Below are positions 35,105 to 46,390 of a stretch of 64,000 nucleotides of DNA, in pieces. The stretch lies in the NCBI GenBank assembly GCA_002269645.1, contig NIVC01000572.1, positions 391,053 to 455,052 of the forward strand. The letters are read 5' to 3'. The position numbers and the translations under genes were made by a program. Below the pieces are notes generated by a model. It saw nothing but the letters and a program-made list of their open reading frames with translations. It ran no database searches and was not told where the DNA came from. This DNA is from Macrostomum lignano (lineage: Eukaryota). How positions within the stretch are numbered: the first letter of the stretch is position 1; every line of letters begins with the position of its first letter.

Positions 35105-37465
35105 CCATCTCCCAGATGTGTGGTTGCCCCTGTCTTCCAGGTGTGTGGTTGCCCCTGTCTTCCAGATGTGTGGTTGTCCCTGTCTCCCAGGTGTGTGGTT
35201 GCCCCTGTCTCCCAGGTGTGTGAGTGGCCTGTCTCCCAGATGTGTGGTTGCCCCTGTCTTCCAGGTGTGTGGTTGCCCCTGTCTCCCAGGTGTGTGGTTG
35301 TCCCTGTCTCCCAGGTGTGTGGTTGCCCCTGTCTCCCAGGTGTGTGAGTGCCCCTGTCTCCCAGGTGTGTGGTTGCCCCTGTCTCCCAGGTGTGTGGTTG
35401 CCCCTGTCTCCCAGGTGTGTGGTTGCCCCTGTCTCCCAGGTGTGTGGTTGCCCCTGTCTCCCAGGTGTGTGGTTGCCCCTGTCTCCCAGGTGTGTGGTTG
35501 TCCCTGTCTCCCAGGTGTAGGCACCCCTGTCTCCCAGGTGTGTGGTTGCCCCTGTCTCCCAGGTGTGTGGTTGCCCCTGTCTCCCAGGTGTGTGGTTGCC
35601 CCTGTCTCCCAGGTGTGTGGTTGCCCCTGTCTCCCAGGTGTGTGGTTGTCCCTGTCTCCCAGGTGTAGGCACCCCTGTCTCCCAGGTGTGTGGTTGCCCC
35701 TGTCTCCCAGGTGTGTGGTTGCCCCTGTCTCCCAGGTGTGTGGTTGCCCCTGTCTCCCAGGTGTGTGGTTGCCCCTGTCTCCCAGGTGTGTGAGTGCCCC
35801 TGTCTCCCAGGTGTGTGGTTGCCCCTGTCTCCCAGGTGTGTGGGTGCCCCTGTCTTCCAGGTGTGTGAGTGTCCCTGTCTCCCAGGTGTGTGATTGTCCC
35901 TGTCTCCCAGGTGTGTGAGTGCCCCTGTCTCCCAGGTGTGTGGTTGCCCCTGTCTCCCAGGTGTGTGGTTGCCCCTGTCTCCCAGGTGTGTGGTTGTCCC
36001 TGTCTCCCAGGTGTGTGAGTGTCCCTGTCTCCCAGGTGTGTGGTTGCCCCTGTCTCCCAGGTGTGTGGTTGTCCCTGTCTTCCAGGTGTGTGGTTGCCCC
36101 TGTCTCCCAGGTGTGTGGTTGTCCCTGTCTCCCAGGTGTGTGAGTGCCCCTGTCTCCCAGGTGTGTGGTTGTCCCTGTCTTCCAGGTGTGTGGTTGTCCC
36201 TGTCTCCCAGGTGTGTGAGTGCCCCTGTCTCCCAGGTGTGTGGTTGCCCCTGTCTCCCAGGTGTGTGGTTGCCCCTGTCTCCCAGGTGTGTGGTTGCCCC
36301 TGTCTCCCAGGTGTGTGGTTGTCCCTGTCTCCCAGGTGTAGGCACCCCTGTCTCCCAGGTGTGTGGTTGCCCCTGTCTCCCAGGTGTGTGGTTGCCCCTG
36401 TCTCCCAGGTGTGTGGTTGCCCCTGTCTCCCAGGTGTGTGGTTGCCCCTGTCTCCCAGGTGTGTGAGTGCCCCTGTCTCCCAGGTGTGTGGTTGCCCCTG
36501 TCTCCCAGGTGTGTGGGTGCCCCTGTCTTCCAGGTGTGTGAGTGCCCCTGTCTCCCAGGTGTGTGATTGTCCCTGTCTCCCAGGTGTGTGAGTGCCCCTG
36601 TCTCCCAGGTGTGTGGTTGCCCCTGTCTCCCAGGTGTGTGGTTGCCCCTGTCTCCCAGGTGTGTGGTTGTCCCTGTCTCCCAGGTGTGTGAGTGTCCCTG
36701 TCTCCCAGGTGTGTGGTTGCCCCTGTCTCCCAGGTGTGTGGTTGTCCCTGTCTTCCAGGTGTGTGGTTGCCCCTGTCTCCCAGGTGTGTGGTTGTCCCTG
36801 TCTCCCAGGTGTGTGAGTGCCCCTGTCTCCCAGGTGTGTGGTTGTCCCTGTCTTCCAGGTGTGTGGTTGTCCCTGTCTCCCAGGTGTGTGAGTGCCCCTG
36901 TCTCCCAGGTGTGTGGTTGCCCCTGTCTCCCAGGTGTGTGGTTGCCCCTGTCTCCCAGGTGTGTGGTTGCCCCTGTCTCCCAGGTGTGTGGTTGTCCCTG
37001 TCTCCCAGGTGTAGGCACCCCTGTCTCCCAGGTGTGTGGTTGCCCCTGTCTCCCAGGTGTGTGGTTGCCCCTGTCTCCCAGGTGTGTGGTTGCCCCTGTC
37101 TCCCAGGTGTGTGGTTGCCCCTGTCTCCCAGGTGTGTGAGTGCCCCTGTCTCCCAGGTGTGTGGTTGCCCCTGTCTCCCAGGTGTGTGGGTGCCCCTGTC
37201 TTCCAGGTGTGTGAGTGCCCCTGTCTCCCAGGTGTGTGAGTGCCCCTGTCTCCCAGGTGTGTGAGTGCCCCTGTCTCCCAGGTGTGTGAGTGCCCCTGTC
37301 TCCCAGGTGTGTGAGTGCCCCTGTCTCCCAGGTGTGTGGTTGCCCCTGTCTCCCAGGTGTGTGGGTGCCCCCTGTTTCCCAGGTGTGTGGTTGCCCCTGT
37401 CTCCCAGGTGTGTGGTTGCCCCTGTCTCCCAGGTGTGTGGTTGCCCCTGTCTCCCAGGTGTGGGC
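35105..37465. repeat. 25-bp minisatellite with a 673-bp higher-order period
   Basis: Unit GTGTGTGGTTGCCCCTGTCTCCCAG plus a 23-bp variant GTGTAGGCACCCCTGTCTCCCAG; matching ORFs recur at +673 offsets. Confidence 0.97.
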
Positions 37466-38239
37466 CCCTAGGTGAAGGTGCAAGCCTTCAGAGCAAGTAC
37501 AATGGCTATGCTGCAGTATTGTTCTCACAGCTAATTTCTGATGGCTGCAAAGATGCCCATATAAGTTGCGACTCGACTCTACATGTACATCTGTTGCATG
37601 GTGGGTGGTCTTCTCACTCAGCTGTTACCAACTCAAATCAAGGTGTGCAAATTTTCAGTTCAGTTCAAAATAGTGGAATTCGAAATAGTCGAGTCCAAAG
37701 TCCGTAGTTCGCAATTAGTTGTGAATTTCTCTATCGCTCCGCTGACGCTGGGGTCACGCCCAGGGTGCAGAATCTAACAAAACAGTTTGGTCAAGCAATA
37801 AACAAGCAAAAGCAAATTTGCAGACAGAGATACTGGCTGAGATAGCACTCTCCCCTCTGCTATTGCCCATGCAGCTGAGCTGAAATGTGAATCTTACAAT
37901 AAAAAAACAAGCATATGTGAATTACAAGGCTATTCAACTAGTTGTTTTCAAGGGCCTGTTTATTTTTTTGTTTTTCCCACTTTGATTAGAGGTTAAAAAC
38001 TTTTTCATGAGTTGCAGCGCTTAAGCTTGAGGCTATTTGTTCGGGTGGATAATGAATCAAATGGGTACAGGGGTTAGTGAGTACAGCTGTTGACGATCCT
38101 TGGTCATGGGCGCTTATCAACAGACTGCTGCTTTTGTTGCTGGATTGCTGTTGACTTCTAAAGACAGAAATGCTCTACCAGCACAAATTGGTTACTCAGT
38201 ATTAGCAAAAAACACCGATAAATGGTATAGAAAAATCTT

Positions 38240-38685
38240 GAACTCACTGCTCATGCTTAGATCTCACTGCTCATGCTTAGATCTCACTGCTCATGCTTAG
38301 AACTCACTGCTCATGCTTAGATCTCACTGCTCATGCTTAGATCTCACTGCTCATGCTTAGATCTCACTGCTCATGCTTAGATCTCACTGCTCATGCTTAG
38401 ATCTCACTGCTCATGCTTAGATCCCACTGCTCATGCTTATATCTCACTGCTCATGCTTAGATCTCACTGCTCATGCTTAGATCCCACTGCTCATGCTTAG
38501 AACTCACTGCTCATGCTTAGAACTCACTGCTCATGCTTAGATCTCACTGCTCATGCTTAGATCCCACTGCTCATGCTTAGATCCCACTGCTCATGCTTAG
38601 ATCCCACTGCTCATGCTTAGATCTCACTGCTCATGCTTAGTACTCACTGCTCATGCTTAGATCTCACTGCTCATGCTTAGAACTA
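38240..38685. repeat. 20-bp minisatellite, ~22 copies
   Basis: Unit CTCACTGCTCATGCTTAGAT. Confidence 0.97.
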
Positions 38686-39217
38686 ACATCCCCAGCTTTA
38701 CATGTTTTTAGAGTCTTTGAGGCCTCAAAGTATGAAGCGTTGTCAAACCGCGTTGCCACCGTTAACAGAGGCCACCGTTCTGGAAGGAAAATTCATTTAA
38801 TTGCAAAAAACCATGATAGTTGTTATGATCAGTCATGAGCACAAAGAGCTGCTGCAGTCAACACAGGAAATTAATCATAGTATCACAGGCACACGCATCC
38901 AATAAAATTCATACAGCTGTACTCAAACTGCAACAATAACTGGGTGGAGCTCTTTCATAATAAAAGCAGCAGAGCCCACTTTCGGTGCAAGTCGTTCTCT
39001 ACAGCAGGAATCAAAGGTTTTTTGTCAGAGTTGCGCTAAGCCTCACATGATGCGGAAAGCAGATCAGGAAAAGAAGCAAAAATCCAAGGCATCTAAACTT
39101 CATCACGCGCTCAATCTTTCTACTAAATTCCAAAATTATGAAAATCACTTTCTAACAAAGAATAGCCTTTGTGACTGTGACTGTGACAGCTGCCTCTTCA
39201 AGCTCCTCCCTCCTGTG

Positions 39218-39667
<450 letters not shown>

Positions 39668-39731
39668 GTGAGCTAAGCTAAGCATGAGCAGTGAGATCTA
39701 AGCATGAGCAGTGAGTTCTAAGCATGAGCAG

Positions 39732-41324
39732 TTTCTCGGTAGTTGCACGTACTCTTTTGCACTACTTGAGTAGTCTGATTTTCGTTCGGCATGGCTGGTT
39801 CCAGCAGGTAGTTCCTCTGGATAAAAGCGCTTACCGCGCCCATTGGCTTTCCAGCTGCCTTAATCGTTTCCGGTGATCTTGTGTGCGTGCTTTCAGCTTG
39901 ATTGGCTGCGGCAAGCAAGCTCGAAAGAGCTCGCTTCGCTCGCTCTTTCTCGCTATCTACTATCCATAGCCAGGACCTGCACCGGAGCGGTTACGAAAAT
40001 TAGATTTCTCGGTAGTTGCACGTACTCTTTTGCACTACTTGAGTAGTCTGATTTTCGTTCGGCATGGCTGGTTCCAGCAGGTAGTTCCTCTGGATAAAAG
40101 CGCTTACCGCGCCCATTGGCTTTCCAGCTGCCTTAATCGTTTCCGGTGATCTTGTGTGCGTGCTTTCAGCTTGATTGGCTGCGGCAAGCAAGCTCGAAAG
40201 AGCTCGCTTCGCTCGCTCTTTCTCGCTATCTACTATCCATAGCCAGGACCTGCACCGGAGCGGTTACGAAAATTAGATTTCTCGGTAGTTGCACGTACTC
40301 TTTTGCACTACTTGAGTAGTCTGATTTTCGTTCGGCATGGCTGGTTCCAGCAGGTAGTTCCTCTGGATAAAAGCGCTTACCGCGCCCATTGGCTTTCCAG
40401 CTGCCTTAATCGTTTCCGGTGATCTTGTGTGCGTGCTTTCAGCTTGATTGGCTGCGGCAAGCAAGCTCGAAAGAGCTCGCTTCGCTCGCTCTTTCTCGCT
40501 ATCTACTATCCATAGCCAGGACCTGCACCGGAGCGGTTACGAAAATTAGATTTCTCGGTAGTTGCACGTACTCTTTTGCACTACTTGAGTAGTCTGATTT
40601 TCGTTCGGCATGGCTGGTTCCAGCAGGTAGTTCCTCTGGATAAAAGCGCTTACCGCGCCCATTGGCTTTCCAGCTGCCTTAATCGTTTCCGGTGATCTTG
40701 TGTGCGTGCTTTCAGCTTGATTGGCTGCGGCAAGCAAGCTCGAAAGAGCTCGCTTCGCTCGCTCTTTCTCGCTATCTACTATCCATAGCCAGGACCTGCA
40801 CCGGAGCGGTTACGAAAATTAGATTTCTCGGTAGTTGCACGTACTCTTTTGCACTACTTGAGTAGTCTGATTTTCGTTCGGCATGGCTGGTTCCAGCAGG
40901 TAGTTCCTCTGGATAAAAGCGCTTACCGCGCCCATTGGCTTTCCAGCTGCCTTAATCGTTTCCGGTGATCTTGTGTGCGTGCTTTCAGCTTGATTGGCTG
41001 CGGCAAGCAAGCTCGAAAGAGCTCGCTTCGCTCGCTCTTTCTCGCTATCTACTATCCATAGCCAGGACCTGCACCGGAGCGGTTACGAAAATTAGATTTC
41101 TCGGTAGTTGCACGTACTCTTTTGCACTACTTGAGTAGTCTGATTTTCGTTCGGCATGGCTGGTTCCAGCAGGTAGTTCCTCTGGATAAAAGCGCTTACC
41201 GCGCCCATTGGCTTTCCAGCTGCCTTAATCGTTTCCGGTGATCTTGTGTGCGTGCTTTCAGCTTGATTGGCTGCGGCAAGCAAGCTCGAAAGAGCTCGCT
41301 TCGCTCGCTCTTTCTCGCTATCTA

Positions 41325-41329
<5 letters not shown>
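39732..41329. repeat. 273-bp tandem array, ~5.85 apparently identical copies
   Basis: Identical ORFs at 40000, 40273, 40546, 40819 and 41092 give the period; each unit contains the hairpin GAAAGAGC-TCGCTTCGCTC-GCTCTTTC. Confidence 0.97.
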
Positions 41330-41380
<51 letters not shown>

Positions 41381-43250
41381 TATTATTATTATAGTTACGC
41401 CCCACGCCAGCCACGGGAGTGGCCAAGAGGGGGGAGCGTCAAATCGCGCGTTTCAGAGCCAGGTCTCTAATGTGCTTCACACCGGCCGTCTGGCTGGGTG
41501 CTCGCGCATCTTCAAAAAGGCGGTCGACGTAGCGGGCTGACCGTCCCTGACCACGTCTGCGCGGTCCCTGCGGGGTCCACATCAGGACGTCCTGCAGCGG
41601 CTCTGGGCAGTAGGCTTCGGCCCGGATGACATGTCCGGCAAGCCGCAGGCGCCGCTGACTCAGCAGGGCAGAAGGCCGCGTCAGGCCTGTGCGTTTGTAC
41701 AGGGACTCGGTTGTCTCGCTGCCAGGGCCGCGGCGGGCGCCGAAAGCGGCGCGGACTAGGGCCGCATGCGCCGCGTCGAGCTGCGCCTCAAGCGCCCCGG
41801 TCAGCGTCCAGGTCTCAGCATTGTACAGCAGGGCGGTCTCAACAACCGCCTGGAACAGCTGGGACCTGGCGCCGTCGGACAGGGCCTCGGAGAGCAGCAC
41901 CGCCCGCACAGATCGGAAGGCAGCCCAGGCCTTGCCGCGCCGTCTCGCTAGGTCGTCACCGACGTCCGGCACCAGTCCGCCGAGGTAGACGAACTGAAGG
42001 CACTTCGGGAGCGCCGTCCCGGGGCCGTCGCCGTCTCGAAGTCGAATCTCGGCGGGTAGATCATGCGGCACCGTCAGCACCTCGGTCTTCCTGGCGTTGA
42101 TGACGAGACCGACCCTCGCCGCCGCCGCAGTCAGGCCGTCCAGAAGCCGTTGGGCGCCTTCGGCCGTCGAAGACAGCAGGGCGAGGTCGTCCGCGTAGCC
42201 AAGGACAGACAGTTTCTTCTCCGGGTGCCGTCTACTGGTGCGCCTTTGCAGCAGAAAGCCGTCCTCTGATGTCGGCAGGCCGGTCCTGAGCACCCAGTCC
42301 ATCACCAGCACGAAGAGAAAGGGGGCCAGAGTGTCACCCTGTAGCACTCCGGAGGTCGTGCTAAACAGTTCCGACGGTCCGTCTGGCGTCGCTACCGCGG
42401 CGGTGGTGTCCTGATACAGCGCCATGATGGCGGAGATCAGCTGCTGCGGTACGTTGTAGGCACGGAGCACGTGAGGCAGCGCGCCGCGCGCCACCGAGTC
42501 GAAGGCCTTGAGGAAGTCAACAAAGATGACGATAAGGCTTGACTGGTGGATGCGCGCCTCCTCGATGATGCGGCGGAGGGCCAGGATCTGCGTCACCGTA
42601 CCGCGACGGGGGCGGAACCCGTTCTGCTCGTACCGCAGGAACGAGTCCAGCACGGGCTGTAACCGTGCTAATAGCACCCGGTTGAACAGCTTCGCGGTAC
42701 AGGACATGAGCGAGATTCCACGATGCTCCTCCTTCCGTGTAGTGCCCGGCTTCTTCGGGATGCCGACGATGTTGGCCTGGGTCCACTCGCGGGGCGCGGG
42801 GCCTCCCGCCAGGACGCCGTTCATCACGCGGGCCACCTCAGTGGCAACCCTTGTGACTCGCAGCGCCTCGACGGGGACCTCGTCCGGGCCGGGGGCGCGG
42901 CCTCCCGGAGCCCTGCGGGCGAATTCCACGACGTCGGTGCTGGTCACAGGACGGGTGTCGAAGTCCTCCTGCCGCGGCAGCGCCACCTCGGGGGGCAGCG
43001 GCATCTCGTTCGGCAGAGTCGGCGGCGGCGCGTTGACAATGGCGGCGAAGAAGGTGCGCAGCTCGTTTCTGCGCTCTTCGGCCGTGTCGCCAGCCAGGTT
43101 GAGCGCCGTCTTCTTTTTGCGACCGGTTAGGGCGTTCACGACCGGCCAGAAGACCCTGTTCTGCCGTTCAGGCCCGACGGAGGCGACTGCCCTGATTGCG
43201 TCGTCAACAGCGGCTTGCTGTCGACTAGCGTAGGCGTCTGCCAGGGCGTC
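41330..43250 (-). mobile_element. RTE-clade non-LTR retrotransposon, 5'-truncated, with an uninterrupted RT ORF
   Basis: ORF 41439..43139, open upstream to ~43250. Motifs RGISLMSCTAKLFNR, QNGFR, FVDFLKAFDSV, GVLQGDTLAPFLF, YADD, YLG, RLAGHVIR. Short 3' UTR, then a (TAA)n(GATA)n tail. No APE endonuclease region; GC-rich. Confidence 0.95.
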
Positions 43251-44139
43251 TATCTATATATCATTTCTGAAAGTCAAACTCACAGACATTTGACCCTTGT
43301 CCACCACTGCTGCCTCGTAATCGATACAAATTCGCCTCAAGACACTTTATTTGATCTGCCCGTGCTTCACTTCAGTGCGATGGGCGGGTTAGGGTTTAGT
43401 TTTGCTTTTCTTACGATGCATGATTTACAGCAGACTTGCGCAGGCAAGGCAAGGAACTGCAGCCTTTGATGCGAATCTGATACATGCTTCGCTTCTCACC
43501 GCCTCGAGGTCAGACAGTCTGGCTCGACTGGCAGCGGCAAACTAACCATGCAGCAATGCACAGTTTAGAGCTTGCAGAATAGGAACTTCTATAATGCTTA
43601 GTGACCCCTTGTGTGAGTTCGAAACATTCAGATGAATTCGATATGCATTTAATGTCAGGCGATGGACGTCCCGTATGCAATACTAGAATCTTAAGGCGTC
43701 CATTGATTCAAACTAATCCTAATTCACTATAGTTGCAATTCTTCAATTGTGCCGCTGACTTCATAGCAGCGGGGGTACAAAATTTTGGAATTGATTATTG
43801 AATTGCATGGTACTGGCCGCCGAGGGTCAGAGAGGAGATCGCAAAGGGTTGACGAGGTGCAACTCCGATCAGCTGATCCAGTGTGTACATCCGATCCAAC
43901 ACCATGCACAGTGCGGCCACTTTTATGCGCGTGGAATTTCCTGTTCCAAAACTGTCCAGGGGGGCAACACAGTTTAATTTTGTTTATTCGGGCGAACTGG
44001 AATTTCCATAGCAGCGTTCTGCTTTCGGTGGCGATTCCAGGAAATTCACAGTCAACCACATGTTCGCTGATTTAAGTGCTCTACACAAGAGTCCATTTTT
44101 GTACGCGTCAGAAATCTGAGATGACTCCTACAGAGCACC

Positions 44140-45110
44140 GAGATGGCGCCTCCAGCACCCCAGGGGTGGCGCCTCCAGCACCTGGCGCCTCCAGCACCTG
44201 GCGCCTCCAGCACCTGGCGCCTCCAGCACCTGGCGCCTCCAGCACCTGGCGCCTCCAGCACCTGGCGCCTCCAGCACCTGGCGCCTCCAGCACCCCAGAG
44301 ATGGCGCCTCCAGCAATCCCAGAGGTGGCGCCTCCAGCACCCCAGAGATGGCGCCTCCCGCACCTCAGAGATGGCGTCTCCAGCAATCCTAGAGGTGGCG
44401 CCTCCAGCGCCCTAGAGGTGGCACCTCCAGCAATCCTAGAGATGGCGCCTCCAGCGCCCCAGAGGTGGCGCCTCCAGCACCCCAGAGATGGCGCCTCCAG
44501 CACCCCAGAGTTGGCGCCTCCAGCACCCCAGAGATGGCGCCTCCAGCAATCCTAGAGATGGCGCCTCCAGCACCCCAGAGGTGGCGCCTCCAGCACCCCA
44601 GAGATGGCGCCTCCAGCACCCCAGAGGTGGCGCCTCCAGCACCCCAGAGGTGACGCCTCCAGCACCCCAGAGATGGCGCCTCCAGCACCCCAGAGGTGGC
44701 GCCTCCAGCACCCCAGAGATGGCGCCTCCAGCACCCCAGAGGTGGCGCCTCCAGCACCCTAGAGGTGGCGCCTCCAGCAATCCTAGAGATGGCGCCTCCA
44801 GCACCCCAGAGGTGGCGCCTCCAGCACCCCAGAGATGGCGCCTCCAGCAATCCTAGAGATGGCGCCTCCAGCACCCCAGAGGTGGCGCCTCCAGCACCCC
44901 AGAGATGGCGCCTCCAGCAATCCTAGAGATGGCGCCTCCAGCACCCCAGAGGTGGCACCTCCAGCACCCCAGAGATGGGGCTTCTAACAATCGAGATGGC
45001 GCATCTAATACCGGAGATGGCGCATCTAACACCGGAGATAGCGCATCTAACACCAGAGATGGCGCTTCTAACACCGGAGATAGCACATCTAACACCAGAG
45101 GTGGCGCCAG
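44140..45110. repeat. GC-rich 17/21-bp minisatellite that decays into a degenerate 21-mer
   Basis: GGCGCCTCCAGCACCT and GGCGCCTCCAGCACCCCAGAGGT/AT units. Confidence 0.95.
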
Positions 45111-46390
45111 AAGGAAGTGAATATAAGCAACCAACCATTCATAATACAACAAAAATGAATGTTAAATCTTCAACAACGATGGCAGGACTGAGACCAAGAC
45201 GAAATCAGGTACACGATTGGCCAATGTATATTTTTCAAATTTAATAAAATTCTCAAGTTATTACAAAATTAGAGTTGCGTTGAAATTGAATAAAAGAATG
45301 AAAGATTACTGTAAAAAAATAAAACGCTTTTTTGACAAGATGGCGCGCTCTGAACCGGCCAAAGGGGCCAAACACGGCTGTTCCCGCGTGCAATCAGAAC
45401 ACCTGCGGTACACCTGCAGGCAGAACCGGGACAGGAGACAAAAGACAGTTAAAGCAGAATTTGCAAAGCTTGAAAACGCACGAGAACCAGCTAAGCTGGG
45501 AACGCAGATGCAGAATAGCCGGCAACAACCGGCTGGCTAAAATACAGAAGACTTACGAAGCCCATCTGCTTGTTGCGGAGCAGAGGAAAGACAGGAAAGT
45601 TTTCTTCTGTCTTAAACCGCCAGCAAGGATCTGCTTGGAGCAAGGAAAACGAAAAACGGCTCAGCTTGAGAACAAAGACCACGCGGGCGTTTGCCCAGGA
45701 AAGCGCAGGAGCGGTCACAAAGACTGGTTGCATGCAGTGAGGATTAACTCTGGTTAAAAGCAATTACAACAACAGCCAGTAAATGAGGTGATTAAGGGGC
45801 ACAGGTGCGATGCGGGCAGTTATATCGTTAAAACTCTTCGAATACAAAAACGCAGAGGATTATGTACAAAATAATTGCTGAACTCTGCCATCTGCAGACT
45901 GGTCAAAAACAGGTGAGCTGCTCGGGAGGAGTTTCAAGTTAATCAAATCCATAATTGATGCGTAAAGTTTGATTGATGGAGTGAGCAACAAAGACTGGAA
46001 TGAAGATTGGCTGTCTGCGGGAAAAAGCTCCAATGCAAATGATAAAAATGAAAATCGAATTATGGATTGACAAAAGCTGCAAAAAATGGAATATAGATTA
46101 TTTCTATATCAAAATCTGCAATTGACAAGCTCTAAAGTAATATTTATGCAAATAATCTGCAACTTTGTTAACTGCTTTTGGTTCAGTGTGGGGGTTCTGG
46201 CCTCAATCTGGCCCGGCCTCAAAGGACCTTCATCAAGTTATTGGGTCACTATTGATTACTGATGAAATTCGTAGAAACGCTGACAAAAATGATCATTTTT
46301 TACAAGTTGATGCCGGGCCAGAGTTTTAGCCGAAATACTCGACAACTAGCTGACCTTAAATGACCCCCTTGCATTTGTTTTAACGCGCGA

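Noticed and set aside
35045-37528. 827-aa ORF and the other long repetitive ORFs (3349-4176, 4652-5348, 10342-11573, 14262-15751, 17124-17843, 47481-49136, 55743-56760)
   Set aside because: They are translations of stop-free tandem repeats, usually open in several frames and on both strands, with no non-repetitive domain.
39718-41283. Six copies of a 63-66 aa ORF (MLAAANQAESTH...) as a tandem gene family
   Set aside because: It starts at a non-ATG codon in the track, has no recognisable motif, and simply follows the 273-bp repeat.
41439-43139. RT as a retron, group II intron, DGR or other bacterial-type system
   Set aside because: The motifs, C-terminal RLAGH region, 3' UTR with simple-repeat tail and 5' truncation all fit an RTE-clade LINE.
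45332-45757. 141-aa plus-strand ORF downstream of PIM copy 2
   Set aside because: It begins at a non-ATG codon, has no recognisable domain or splice support, and probably lies in 3' UTR or intergenic DNA.
46259-46300. Hammerhead-like CTGATGA...GAAAC (also CTGATGAGAC at ~1547)
   Set aside because: There is no closing pair for stem II and no stem III/NUH partner at 46259; the 1547 site has a stem but lacks GAAA.
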